A DNA stretch of 62,355 nt, counting the filler, from a bacterium (GTDB lineage Bacteria > JBBIVP01), in assembly GCA_037439705.1 (NCBI GenBank). It is 14 parts of 14 records of this genome, joined end to end, with 100 filler letters (N's around TTAATTAATTAA, not from the genome) between each part and the next. Parts side by side here need not be neighbours in the genome. Positions count along the whole stretch, not along the records: positions 18,477 to 22,911 come from JBBIVP010000167.1; positions 23,012 to 27,413 come from JBBIVP010000168.1; positions 27,514 to 31,862 come from JBBIVP010000169.1; 11 more parts are not named here. The stretch is one strand, 5' to 3'. Position numbers and translations under genes: made by a program. The notes beneath the pieces are model-generated. The model had not been told where the DNA came from. It did not search any database and saw only the letters and a program-made list of their open reading frames with translations. Positions 19,790 to 30,212 of the stretch are shown here, piece after piece. The stretch's first letter is position 1. The number at the start of each line of letters is the position of its first letter.

Positions 19790-20708
19790 CCTTTCCGGTA
19801 AAGAAAAGAATGAGTTGCTTATGATTTTGGAAACACAGGGCAGAACTAAATGGTTCAAAAGATGGGAAAACCATATGGCATTTCCGGAGCGCTTAAATCC
19901 ACATTCAAAAAAGAAAGATGAGCAAGAAAAAGTATTTCGATATTTGCTGCTGAGAGTTCTGATTAACCAACAGGCAAAGTTTGAGAAAGTGAGGGAGATG
20001 TGTATAAGAATATTGGAAAATTTTACCGATGTATTATTTTTTGAACCATACAAGCTCTCTGAGTCAAACCTGTTTAAAGTTTTTAAAGATGTAGCAGGTG
20101 AAAAAGGCTCCCTTTTGTATAGAGTCGGAGCGTTAGGTGGAATAAAACCAATTTCTCTTTTCACTTACCGATTTAAAGCATACGAAGGATTTATCAGGTG
20201 GTTAAATGAAAATGGAAAAAAGTTCATTGATATTATTTCAATACAATTACAAACAGGAAAAGCAAAAGGTCTTTTTCAATTTTTAAATACCCATTCTGTT
20301 CTTGAAGCAGGCTGGGTTGGGAATGACCCAAAGGCTTGCAGAATGTTTGTTAATTGGGTTGTTTTTCTCTTCAATGAAATATGGAACCAGAAGGTATCAA
20401 AAATGGAAGATACCTTAATGATAGTTGACGGTCATGTTGGTAAGGTGTTTTGCAGAAGTGGATTGTTAGGAGAAGTCCTTTACGAAAAGGCTCGTCCATA
20501 CATTATCCAGGCAAGTAAAATGAGACCGTGGATAGAGAATACAGTGTTTAATTCTGGCAGAATTCCATTTTATGTTGATAATGGAGCATTTTATCTCTTT
20601 GAGGATGGATTTTGTACTGACACAAATCCAAAGTGTGAGAAATGTCCGATAAATAAAACATGCAAGAAATATAAACAATGGACCGCATATCAGATGTATG
20701 AGAAATAG
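19767..20708 (+). CDS. HhH-GPD superfamily DNA glycosylase-like protein with 4Fe-4S motif
   Basis: WVGNDPKACRMF (HhH-Lys-like), IVDGHVGKVFCRSG (VDxHVxRVxxRxG-like catalytic Asp), C-X6-C-X2-C-X5-C at the C-terminus; overlaps MTase end. Confidence 0.75.
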   Translation: MAKKTQDSLSGKEKNELLMILETQGRTKWFKRWENHMAFPERLNPHSKKKDEQEKVFRYLLLRVLINQQAKFEKVREMCIRILENFTDVLFFEPYKLSESNLFKVFKDVAGEKGSLLYRVGALGGIKPISLFTYRFKAYEGFIRWLNENGKKFIDIISIQLQTGKAKGLFQFLNTHSVLEAGWVGNDPKACRMFVNWVVFLFNEIWNQKVSKMEDTLMIVDGHVGKVFCRSGLLGEVLYEKARPYIIQASKMRPWIENTVFNSGRIPFYVDNGAFYLFEDGFCTDTNPKCEKCPINKTCKKYKQWTAYQMYEK

Positions 20709-20824
20709 AAACGACGCATCCCTGGATACTATCTCTTAACCCGAAAGAGGTTTTTTCTTGACTTTAAAACGATTTAGTATTATAGTAAATGAAGTTATTA
20801 CTAAAATAATAAGGAGGTGGAAAC

Positions 20825-22102
20825 ATGTTTGAATTGAGTGAACCAGCGAAAATGGTTGAGCAGGCAGTAAGGCAGTTCTGCGAAAAGGAATTGGCGCCAA
20901 AGGTTGAGGCGCTTGAAAACGGTGAGATTCAGCCATTTGAACTTATGAAAAAATTTTTTGAGAGTTTCAGTTTAACAGAACTGATGAAGGAGCGTATAAG
21001 GAAGATAATTGAGAAAAAGAAGAAACAGGAGGAAACGGGAGAGAAGGTAGATGTAAGAAAGGAATTCAGGGGAGAGGGGCTTATGGGCGGAGGAGACCCT
21101 ATGGTTGGCTTTGTCGTTGGAAAGGAGCTCTGCAGGGTTAGTCCATCCTTTGCCCTTTCCTTTGCAGCACATTTAGGATTATGTGGAAACACAATTCTCT
21201 CAAAGGGAACATGGGACCAGATTGAAAAGTATGCCATCCCCATATTTACATTTGAGAAACAGGGATGCTGGGCTTTAACAGAGCCTGAGGCTGGTTCAGA
21301 TGCCTTTGCTTTAAAAACAACTGCAAAACCTGATGGAGACTATTACATCTTGAACGGCTCAAAAACCTTCATAACAAATGCTCCCTATGCTGACATCTTT
21401 GTTATATGGGCAAAGATAGACAGGGGTGAGGAGGAAAGAAAAGACAAAAGAAGGATTTATCCATTTGTAGTTGAAAGGGGAAGTCCGGGATTAACCACAT
21501 CCAAGCCAATGAAAAAGATGGGAATGTGCGGTTCACCAACAGGAGAGATATACCTTGACGATGTAAGGGTTCACAAAGACCAGCTTCTTGGCAAAAAAGA
21601 GGAAACTGCAAGGGAGGCTGCAAAGGAAACACTTTCAGGAGAAAGGGAAGGAGCACCCGCAATGGCATGGGGAATAATTGAGAGATGTCTTGACGACTGC
21701 ATTGAATATGCCTGCACGAGAAAACAATTTGGAAAATATCTCATAGAATTTCAACTCATTCAGGAAAAAATTGCAAAGATGTACATGCACCTTGAAAATG
21801 TCAGAAACCTTGCATTCAAACAGGCGTGGGCAGTAAAGGAGGGAAAATCAAAGGAGCAGGATTACACAATAGCGAAATACTATTCAGCAATGGCAGCAGT
21901 GGAGGTTGCATCTGAAGCAGTTCAGTTAATGGGTGGTTATGGCTATATGAAGGAATACCATGTTGAAATGCTTTTAAGGGATGCAAAGCTCATAGGGATT
22001 GGAGGAGGAACGCAGGAGATACAGCTCCTCAATTGCTGTAAAGCACTTATCCTTGAAAGAAAGGGCTTGAGGCTTTCCCTGGCAGGTGGATTTGTAGAAT
22101 AA
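20825..22102 (+). CDS. Acyl-CoA dehydrogenase
   Basis: WALTEPEAGSDA, LNGSKTFITNA, RKQFGK, GGYGYMKEY, GGGTQEIQ. Confidence 0.96.
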   Translation: MFELSEPAKMVEQAVRQFCEKELAPKVEALENGEIQPFELMKKFFESFSLTELMKERIRKIIEKKKKQEETGEKVDVRKEFRGEGLMGGGDPMVGFVVGKELCRVSPSFALSFAAHLGLCGNTILSKGTWDQIEKYAIPIFTFEKQGCWALTEPEAGSDAFALKTTAKPDGDYYILNGSKTFITNAPYADIFVIWAKIDRGEEERKDKRRIYPFVVERGSPGLTTSKPMKKMGMCGSPTGEIYLDDVRVHKDQLLGKKEETAREAAKETLSGEREGAPAMAWGIIERCLDDCIEYACTRKQFGKYLIEFQLIQEKIAKMYMHLENVRNLAFKQAWAVKEGKSKEQDYTIAKYYSAMAAVEVASEAVQLMGGYGYMKEYHVEMLLRDAKLIGIGGGTQEIQLLNCCKALILERKGLRLSLAGGFVE

Positions 22103-22189
22103 AAAAAATTTTCGTTAATTTTTGCCATGATTGAATTTTATAAAGTGTACTGAACATATAGATCGTTAGCAGTCTGTAAGTGGTTTTGA

Positions 22190-22213
22190 GGGGCTTCGCC
22201 CCATTTTTATTTT
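22190..22213 (+). terminator. Intrinsic terminator-like hairpin
   Basis: GGGGC-TTC-GCCCC followed by ATTTTTATTTT. Confidence 0.6.
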
Positions 22214-22361
22214 CTTATCTTTTTGGCGAAAGGGATTTATGGTAAGCCCTATTCCTTATATCCCCTTGAAATAGTTTTTTTTAAAGAAATTAATGTTATA
22301 TCAATTGATAGAAATTTTCCCTATCCCATGCTTTACTACAATATATCACTGCTCTTATTGA

Positions 22362-22484
22362 AGAAGCAACCGGCTTGCTCACCGGTATCTCAACTTTCGG
22401 TGGCAGGCGATTAAGATGTTTAAGGAATGTCGTCCTTTAATCTCAAAGCTCTTAGAAAAAATTTTAGAAAGAGAATCTGGGTAA
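22362..22484 (+). pseudogene. C-terminal remnant of DUF86/HepT-like HEPN RNase
   Basis: RSNRLAHRYLNFRWQAIKMFKECRPLISKLLEKILERESG*; resembles RNxLxHxY motif; no start, stop directly upstream. Confidence 0.55.
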
Positions 22485-22561
22485 GGAAGTGGGAGTGCTT
22501 GCCCATCTCGCAAAGCGAAAACGCAAAAATTAAACTGAAACCCAATATTTTTGTAGAGTAG

Positions 22562-22911
22562 TTACTTAACGCTCACATTGAGGAGGATAAGAAGGGGAGC
22601 GAGGTTTCTCTTTTTTCCTTTTATCATTATAGAAAAACTTTTTCCCAACTTTTTTGTATATCCAGCATAAATTTTTTCTTGGGGTTTATATTCTAAAACC
22701 CTTCCGTCAACATCAACATCCATACCCTCCTCCCCGGAGACTTCAACATCAAATGTCCTAACCTCCTCAATCTCATATTTAATATCCCTTTCAACCCTCT
22801 CCAATTCCTTTTTTATGAGCCTCAAAGTCAGGAGGTCCATTAAAGGAAAGTTAAACTTTAATGGGATAATAGTTCCATCTTCTTTTTCTAATGATATTTT
22901 AAAAGAAAAGA
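22562..22911 (-). CDS. 3' part of hypothetical protein
   Basis: Frame is open from contig end to stop at 22562. Confidence 0.55.
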
Positions 22912-23011
22912 NNNNNNNNNNNNNNNNNNNNNNNNNNNNNNNNNNNNNNNNNNNNTTAATTAATTAANNNNNNNNNNNNNNNNNNNNNNNNNNNNNNNNN
23001 NNNNNNNNNNN
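22912..23011. other. Artificial contig linker
   Basis: 44 N + TTAATTAATTAA + 44 N. Confidence 0.99.
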
Positions 23012-23771
23012 GAAGTAGGTCCTTCACATAAAGGATTCCTATTATTTCATCCCTTCTGTGCCTGTAAACAGGAATTCTTGAGAACTTCACACTCTTTATG
23101 TATTTCTTCAATGTAGAAAAATCCATCTCCACTGGAATCTGAAACAATTTTGTTCTCGGAGTCATTACCGAATAGACCTTATCATCTTTAAGTTCTATTA
23201 TTTCTTTTGCAAAGTTTGATTCTATCTCTGAAAGTTCGCCGGATTCTTTCATCTTTTCAATCACATCAAGTAGTTCCTCCCTTATTTCCTCTTCAGATGG
23301 TTCAACATCAACCTTTCCGAACAGAAACTCAAAAACGGGAAGCATCATTTTTTTTAATGGGTATACAAAAAAATAAACTGCTCTTATGAGAAAAATTCCC
23401 CTCAATGAGAATTCCTCAGGGTATCTTAGGGCAAGGGTTTTCGGGAGGATGTCCGCAAATATGAGAATGAGGGGAAATGACAGGAAAAATGCATAAACGC
23501 TCTTTTCTACACCGAAAATCTCTGAAAATATGTATGTTATTAAAGATGCGATAAAGACATTCATTATTTCATTACCCGTGAACGAAGAAATCATTGCGCT
23601 CAACGGGTCTTCCACAAATTTTCCAATCATTTTTCCTCTTTTTCCCCTTGTCTTCAACCTCCATATCTGGGATGGAGAAAGGGAGAAAATTGCTGCCTCC
23701 GTTGAAGAAAAGATAAATGAGAGAAAGAGCAAAAGGAACAAGAGAAAGATTCTGATGCCTACTCCTTCCAT
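23012..23771 (-). CDS. HlyC/CorC (CNNM/DUF21 + CBS) family protein, 3' truncated
   Basis: FSSTEAAIFSL, ILPKTLA, VMTPR, FSRIPVY, GILYVKDLL. Confidence 0.93.
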
Positions 23772-23772
23772 T

Positions 23773-24690
23773 TTAGAAGTGGGAGAAAAATCCCTTCTTT
23801 TTTATCTCTTTTGAATTCAATTTCACTTTTCCACTTCCCTTCACAACCACCCCTATTTTTTTTACGGGAAATCCACCTGTATTTTTTGAGGATGAGGTGA
23901 AAAGGAGATTATAATCTTCACCGCCCATGAGAGCCTCTTTTATAGAGATTTTTTTATTTAGAGGAAGGTCTGTTATGTGAATGTCCATTCTCGGAGGAAG
24001 GATGTTATATAAACTTTCAATGAGAGAATCGCTCGTATCTGTCATTGAACTCGGAGAAAAATGTTTTATTATTTCATCAATTATATCAACAGGAGGTTCG
24101 GGTTTGAGGTGAGCCATAACAGCGGTTTTCCATTTTTTAATGGCTGAGGAATACCCGTATTTCTTCAAAAGTTTCATTCCTTTATATGAAAGTCCAGGTA
24201 TTCCCGAAAGATAAACGGCTTCTCCAACCCTTGTCCCTTTCCTTGGAATGAAACCATATTCTCCGGGGAAGCCAATCATAGCACATCCTACGGAGATGGT
24301 TTTTGAACTTGATGTGTTTCCGCCGAGAATTTTAACTCCAAATTTCTGGGAAGCATCTTTTATTCCCCTTATAAGTTCCTTAATCCAGTTTTTGGTGGAA
24401 AACGGAAGGTTGAAGAATAGAAGACCTGCATACGGCTTTCCGCTTTTTGATATTATATCGCTTACATTGATTGCTATGAGTTTCCATCCCAAATAATATG
24501 GCGGGAAATATGACCTTTTGAAATGAACCCCTTCATTTAAAACATCGCATGTTAAAAGAAAATTTTTACCTTCATATTTCATTAACGCAGTATCATCACC
24601 TATTCCAATCCATCCTTTCGGAACCTTAAAAAAAGAAGAAAGAAGTTCAATGATTTTTTCCTCTTCTAAAGGCTCATCCTCTTCCTTCAT
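23773..24690 (-). CDS. thiL: Thiamine-monophosphate kinase
   Basis: GIGDDTA, EGVHF, NVSDI, GGNT, DTSD, GGEDYNLLFT. Confidence 0.93.
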   Translation of the reverse strand: MKEEDEPLEEEKIIELLSSFFKVPKGWIGIGDDTALMKYEGKNFLLTCDVLNEGVHFKRSYFPPYYLGWKLIAINVSDIISKSGKPYAGLLFFNLPFSTKNWIKELIRGIKDASQKFGVKILGGNTSSSKTISVGCAMIGFPGEYGFIPRKGTRVGEAVYLSGIPGLSYKGMKLLKKYGYSSAIKKWKTAVMAHLKPEPPVDIIDEIIKHFSPSSMTDTSDSLIESLYNILPPRMDIHITDLPLNKKISIKEALMGGEDYNLLFTSSSKNTGGFPVKKIGVVVKGSGKVKLNSKEIKKKGFFSHF

Positions 24691-25034
24691 TCTTCCTCAA
24701 TCTCAACCTTTATGTATTTCTCCCTCCTGTCCTGGATTTTCGGAACATAGATTTTTAAAACCCCATCCTTCATAACCGCTTTTATTCCCTTCTTGTTAAA
24801 AGGAGTTGGAATTTTAATTGTTCTCTTGAAATCTCCAAACTGCCTTTCTACCTGATAATAAATCCTTTCACCAACAAACCTTTCCATTTTATAACCGGAG
24901 ATTACTATCTCCTCATCGCTTGCTATTACCTCCACCATATCCCTTTCTACCCCAGGAAGCCATATCTCAATAACATATAAATCCTTCCTTTCTATAAGGT
25001 TGGCAGCAGGATATATCCTCTCTATCTCTCTCAT
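24687..25034 (-). CDS. Hsp20/alpha-crystallin small heat shock protein
   Basis: LPGV, ERQFGDFKR, AVMKDGVLKIYVPK. Confidence 0.93.
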   Translation of the reverse strand: MREIERIYPAANLIERKDLYVIEIWLPGVERDMVEVIASDEEIVISGYKMERFVGERIYYQVERQFGDFKRTIKIPTPFNKKGIKAVMKDGVLKIYVPKIQDRREKYIKVEIEEE

Positions 25035-25345
25035 AAAATTATGTTACTATAAGGAATACAAATTTTCAAGTGCTTAAAAAGTGGAATTTTTTAGAGTGTT
25101 TGTTAGAGGGAAAGTAATCACCGCCATCTGAACCAGGAGAAGATGGAAATCTTTCATCTATTTTCAAACCTTCTCGCATATCCAAGAAGTCGGGCCTTTT
25201 TATGGGTTGATGAAATAAGGGGAAAACCTTTCACTGCTTCTTTAAATTCTCTGTAATTATTTACAGAAATAAGCATAGGTTTAAAATTTAGTTTGTCAGG
25301 AGGGCGGAATTCTGTTTTTCAATAAAGAACATTCACCCGTCAATC

Positions 25346-26839
25346 CTAAATATTTTTTTCAGAAGATATGAGAAGGCTTAAGAATACATCAACTGGAACA
25401 ATCGCACATCCCTCTCTTGAGGCAAAATCATCTCTGCTTAAAATCAGCTATTTCTTTACAGGAGGAATAATTTTAATATCTCTTTCATCCACCTGAAACT
25501 TATATTTTACCTCTATTCCTAAATATGAATCGTTTTCTTTAAAGATAGCATCTATTTCCCTTCCGCTTTTGTCGTAGTAATACCATAAAAATGTGTCTCC
25601 ACTTTTTAAATATGGAATCTCCTTATGGAGTAAGAGGTGGGAAATAACCATCCCTTCCACGAGCTTGCTCTCCAGTTCCTCATTCTGAAAAGTATTTCCA
25701 ATAACATCCCATATTTTTTCTCCTGTAAGATAAGCCTTGATTGAATGAAAAACCATATGGTCAAAGAAATAGATTTTCTTTTCGCCTTTGAATTTGGAAG
25801 ATTTTTTATTGAAGTCATAGGCATAGAGGATAAAGGATATAAAACATTCTTCAAGATACCGGAGATAATCAATTACCGTGAGATGGGACCTTTCTATATC
25901 ATGGGAAAGCTTTGAAAAGCTAAAGCGAGACCCATAGCTTTCTATTATTGATTTAAAAATCTGTCTTGTTATCGTTTCCTGTTTTTGAAGCTTGAACAGA
26001 TCGCCCAGGACATCCCTCACAAAAATCTCGCTTATTTTTGGGTCTATAACATCCTTTCCCTGAATAAATCTGTTTGAAAGATAATGGTTTATAACCCCTG
26101 GAAGTCCGCCTGTGGTGAGATACAGTCTGAAAAGGTAGTCAATTTCGCTTTTAAATGGAAGAATTTTCTGAACCTGAGATTTTATATCATCAATTCCGTC
26201 TGATAAGTTAATCCAGGATTCCTTGAGAAGAGATTTCAATTTTTTTAGGGTGGATCTGAAGTCAAAATTTTCCACCCATTCCGCTATCAGGTCAATTGAT
26301 TGAAGGACAAATTCCCTGAAACTCAATGGCTTTATATAATATTCATTTCCCTCAAGTCCTCTACTGGGCAATAGTTCTGCTTTTTCTTTGAGTTTAATAG
26401 CACTTGAACCTGTTGCGAGTGTTATAGCTCTTTGTGTGAGACCAAGATCAGCCAGCCTCTTCAGCTCCATGTTCCAGTTTTCAATGGAGGTGATTTCGTC
26501 CAAGAAGATAAATATTTCATCTGCATCTTTTGTGAGATTAAGAAAAAAATCAATCGCATTTCTCATTTCCTTTCTTGATGAAAAGAAGTCAAGTGAAAGG
26601 TAGAGGATGTTTTTTGGGTTTTTCCTTTTATCAATCAGACGTTTAATCAAATTTTTGATGTAGGTGGTTTTCCCCACCTGTCTTGGTCACCTGAGAATGT
26701 ATATGTTTTCTTTTCTCAGGTTTATTTCTTTTCTTTCAAAAAAAATTGGCTCTGCTCTACGGAGGGTCTGGTCATGTGTTACAAATTCGGGGTCCCTCCA
26801 CCACGGATTTTGAGCAACTATTTCAGAAATTTTTGCCAT
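25346..26839 (-). pseudogene. AAA_14/DUF4143-type ATPase with two in-frame stops
   Basis: MAKISEIVAQNPWW start; Walker A read as *PRQVGKT (TGA 26687-26689); LDEI, TGSS, GGLP, EIDAI..IEVKY; second stop TAG at 25448-25450, frame continues to 25346. Confidence 0.88.
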
Positions 26840-27052
26840 TTTGATATTTCACTATCTATATTTTCTCCAATTTGGATACTACTATAACTAAATATAACAG
26901 AAATTCTGGTAATTTTCAAGAGCTTGTAAAAATTATCCCAATTTTCAGGTTAAGGGAGTGAAGCGGTGAACACTATTAGAAAAAAGTTTGAATTTTTTTC
27001 ATAGTTATGGTAAAATTTTCACAGAAATGAGAAAAATTTGGCAAATTTTTTG

Positions 27053-27068
27053 TGGCACAAAAAATGCA
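27053..27068 (+). promoter_or_regulatory. Sigma54 -24/-12 consensus upstream of prepilin gene
   Basis: TGGCACAAAAAATGCA (GG-N10-GC); very close to the ATG. Confidence 0.5.
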
Positions 27069-27081
27069 TAAGAGGTGGGTG

Positions 27082-27413
27082 ATGAAGGAAAGAGGTTTTA
27101 CATTGGTTGAACTCATCGTTGTTCTCGCAATAATAGCGCTCGTTGCCGGAATAGTTGTTGCAAATATATCCTTTGTAAGTCCCTGTTCAAGGCTTACAGC
27201 ATCAGCAAATGACATTCAGGGTGCAATAAACATTGCAAGTGCAACAGCAATGAGGTCAACTGCTGAATATCAGGAGGTTCTTGTTGTAATAGCAGAGCCT
27301 GGCTTCTTATTCCTAATAAGGGATGTTGGTGGTGAGATAAAAAATAATATCACAAACTTTGACCCATCAAATCCAAACTCAATACTTGGTCCAGGAGATA
27401 CAATTGAGGACAT
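27082..27413 (+). CDS. Type IV prepilin-like protein (FimT/GspH-like), 3' truncated
   Basis: MKERG|FTLVELIVVLAIIA class III signal peptide. Confidence 0.9.
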
Positions 27414-27513
27414 NNNNNNNNNNNNNNNNNNNNNNNNNNNNNNNNNNNNNNNNNNNNTTAATTAATTAANNNNNNNNNNNNNNNNNNNNNNNNNNNNNNN
27501 NNNNNNNNNNNNN
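27414..27513. other. Artificial contig linker
   Basis: 44 N + TTAATTAATTAA + 44 N. Confidence 0.99.
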
Positions 27514-28675
27514 AATCCTTTTTGATGAGAGTCCTTACCTTCTGCGCCTTCAGATAATAGGCATCATAGTATCCTGCTGAAAGAGCATATGTACCAAACA
27601 TTATCCTCCTTTTCACCTCTGCACCAAACCCCTGAGCCCTTGTTTTCATATACATCTCAATCAGGTCTGAAGAATTTACCCTAAAACTGTATCTTACGCC
27701 ATCATATCTTGCAAGATTTGAACTTGCCTCAGATGGTGCAATTATGTAATAGACACTAACAGCATAAGGAAGATGCGGAAGGGAGATATCTATCACTTCT
27801 GCACCCGCTTCCTTCAAAACCTCTTTTGCCCTTTCAATTCCTTTCAGAACATCCTCTTCCAGCCCTTCTGAAATAAATTCAACAGGCACCCCTATCTTCC
27901 ATCCCTTAATATCATCTTCCAGCAACTTAGAGTAAGGAGGAACAGGGATTGGCGAAGAGGTTGAATCCCTCGGGTCATATCCTGCTATAACCTCAAGAAT
28001 CATTGCACAATCTTTAACACATCTTGTAATTATGCCAACCTGATCAAGTGAAGAAGCAAAGGCGATAATTCCATATCTTGAAATCCTTCCGTATGTGGGC
28101 TTTAAACCCACAACCCCACAAAAACTCGCTGGTTGTCTTACCGAACCTCCTGTATCAGTTCCAAGAGACGCATAGCATTCAAGTCCTGCTACTGAAGCGG
28201 CTGAACCTCCGCTTGAGCCCCCGGGAACCCTCTCAAGGTTCCACGGATTTCTTACCGGACCAAAATAAGAGTGTTCATTTGAAGAACCCATCGCAAATTC
28301 ATCCATATTGTTTTTTCCTATAATAACTCCACCAGCAAGAAGAACCTTTTCAACAACCGTCCCATCATACTGAGGAATGTAATTCTCAAGGATTTTTGAA
28401 CCACAGGTTGTTCTTATATCCTTGGTAACAAATATGTCCTTTAAAGATACAGGGATTCCGAGAAGAGGAGAGGTCATATTTTTCTCAATTATTTTCTGAG
28501 CCTCATTCGCCTGCGCCCCTGCTATGTCCTCTGTAATTGTTATGAAAGCATTGAGTTTATGCTCAACCTTCTCAATTCTCTCAAGGCATAGCTGAAGGAG
28601 CTCGGGAGAAGAAATTTCTTTTTTATCAAGCAATTCCCTTATTTCATAAACATTTTTTTTGAGTATCTCTTTCAC
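27514..28675 (-). CDS. gatA: Asp/Glu-tRNA amidotransferase subunit A, 3' truncated
   Basis: [39 protein letters not shown]. Confidence 0.97.
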
Positions 28676-28965
28676 TTTATAACTTTTGGAACTTTAAAAA
28701 ATTTTTTGTTAACTGCAGGGGCTTCCCTGAGAGCAAGTTTTTCTCCTTTCACATTTCTTACCTCTTCATCCTCTCTCATTGGTGTCTCTGAAACGAATGT
28801 GTAAAATGTTGGTTCAACTTTACTTGTATCCACTTCATTCAGTTTTTCAATATAATCAAGAATTGAACTCAGATGGTAGGTGAAAATTTCAATCTCATCA
28901 TCGCCAAATTCAAGGCGTGCCAATTTTGCAATTTTAAGAACTTCCTCTCTGGAAATTTTTTTCAT
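28672..28965 (-). CDS. gatC: Asp/Glu-tRNA amidotransferase subunit C
   Basis: IAKLARL, MRED, FKVPKVI. Confidence 0.95.
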   Translation of the reverse strand: MKKISREEVLKIAKLARLEFGDDEIEIFTYHLSSILDYIEKLNEVDTSKVEPTFYTFVSETPMREDEEVRNVKGEKLALREAPAVNKKFFKVPKVIK

Positions 28966-28974
28966 TCTAAAAAT

Positions 28975-29562
28975 TTATCTTTGTTTTTTAAGCTCCAGAA
29001 TAACAAGTTTGGAAATAGCCCTCAAAGTATCAAAAACTCCAATCCCTTTCGTTGCAACAGCTTCAAAATCCGGAACCGAATCTTTGTTCAACTCCATCTT
29101 CATCTCCTGAAGCGGCGCAGCATTCGGAAGGTCCCTTTTGTTATATTGAATTACATATGGAATTCTGCTTAAAGAAAGTCCCTGTTCTTTAAGGTTGTCT
29201 ATCATATTTTGAAAACTCTCAATGTTTGCGTCAATCCTTTCTTGCTGGGAATCTGCCACAAAAACTATTCCGTCCACCCCCTTGAGGATAAGTTTCCTTG
29301 AAGCATTATAAAAAACCTGTCCTGGAACAGTGTACAGATGAAATCTTATTTTAAATCCCCTTACATCTCCGAGAGAAAGCGGGAGGAAGTCAAAAAAGAG
29401 TGTCCTTTCCGTCTCCGTAGCGAGAGAAATCATTTTACCCTTTGCTTCGGGAGCGGTTTTGTTGTAAATGTACTGAAGATTTGTAGTCTTTCCGCACAAT
29501 CCAGGTCCATAATAAACTATTTTGCAGTTTATCTCTTTTGTTGAATAATTTATAAATGACAT
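28975..29562 (-). CDS. mglA: Ras-like GTPase MglA
   Basis: MSFINY..EINCKIVYYGPGLCGKTTNLQ, RTLFFDFLPL, YTVPGQVFY, NKRD; 195 aa. Confidence 0.97.
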   Translation of the reverse strand: MSFINYSTKEINCKIVYYGPGLCGKTTNLQYIYNKTAPEAKGKMISLATETERTLFFDFLPLSLGDVRGFKIRFHLYTVPGQVFYNASRKLILKGVDGIVFVADSQQERIDANIESFQNMIDNLKEQGLSLSRIPYVIQYNKRDLPNAAPLQEMKMELNKDSVPDFEAVATKGIGVFDTLRAISKLVILELKKQR

Positions 29563-29565
29563 TTT

Positions 29566-30051
29566 TTATTCACTGAACAGACTATCAATATCTTCATCAG
29601 TAATTTCAGCAAATGGTGACTCTGCAGGGGATTCCTTTTCCACCTTCTGGAAAAGCCTGTTAAAGATGGCAAGAAGTTCATCGGTAGCCTTTTTGACACG
29701 AAGACGAACAAGACCGAGGGATGACCTGTTGTCAAAAACAACCACAAGGATAATCCTGTCTCCTATAAGGGATATGTGGATGTTATCCCGCTCTCCTTCA
29801 TGAAAGAGTACCGAAAACTCTTTCTCTCCGAGGATTTTTGCAAGTCCTCCTGTAGCTGCTATGTTACCTGCTGTGAGGGAAGCAAGAGAAGTGGTATCAA
29901 TATGTTGAGTATCTCCTGCACTTGATATAAGCTGACCGTTCTTATCAACAAGAAAAACAAATTTTGAATTGGCTTCCCTGTTAAGTTTCTGGATTATCTC
30001 ATTTATCTGCTTGAATTCAGCTTCATACATTACAAACATCGTCTCAGCCAT
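29566..30051 (-). CDS. mglB: Roadblock/LC7 protein MglB
   Basis: FLVDKNGQLI, SLASLTAGNIAA, SSLGLVRLR, PFAEITDEDIDSLF. Confidence 0.97.
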   Translation of the reverse strand: MAETMFVMYEAEFKQINEIIQKLNREANSKFVFLVDKNGQLISSAGDTQHIDTTSLASLTAGNIAATGGLAKILGEKEFSVLFHEGERDNIHISLIGDRIILVVVFDNRSSLGLVRLRVKKATDELLAIFNRLFQKVEKESPAESPFAEITDEDIDSLFSE

Positions 30052-30212
30052 GTTTTCCTCTTATCAAAATTTTTTTATTTATACAACATTTTTTACAAAC
30101 TTGCAAGTTTTTTAATGTATAACGGACATGGACATTACCAGGGAGAAAATAAAATGGAAAGACAATCACAGGGTAAAAATGAACATTTATGTGCATTAAA
30201 ATTGCTCCCATC

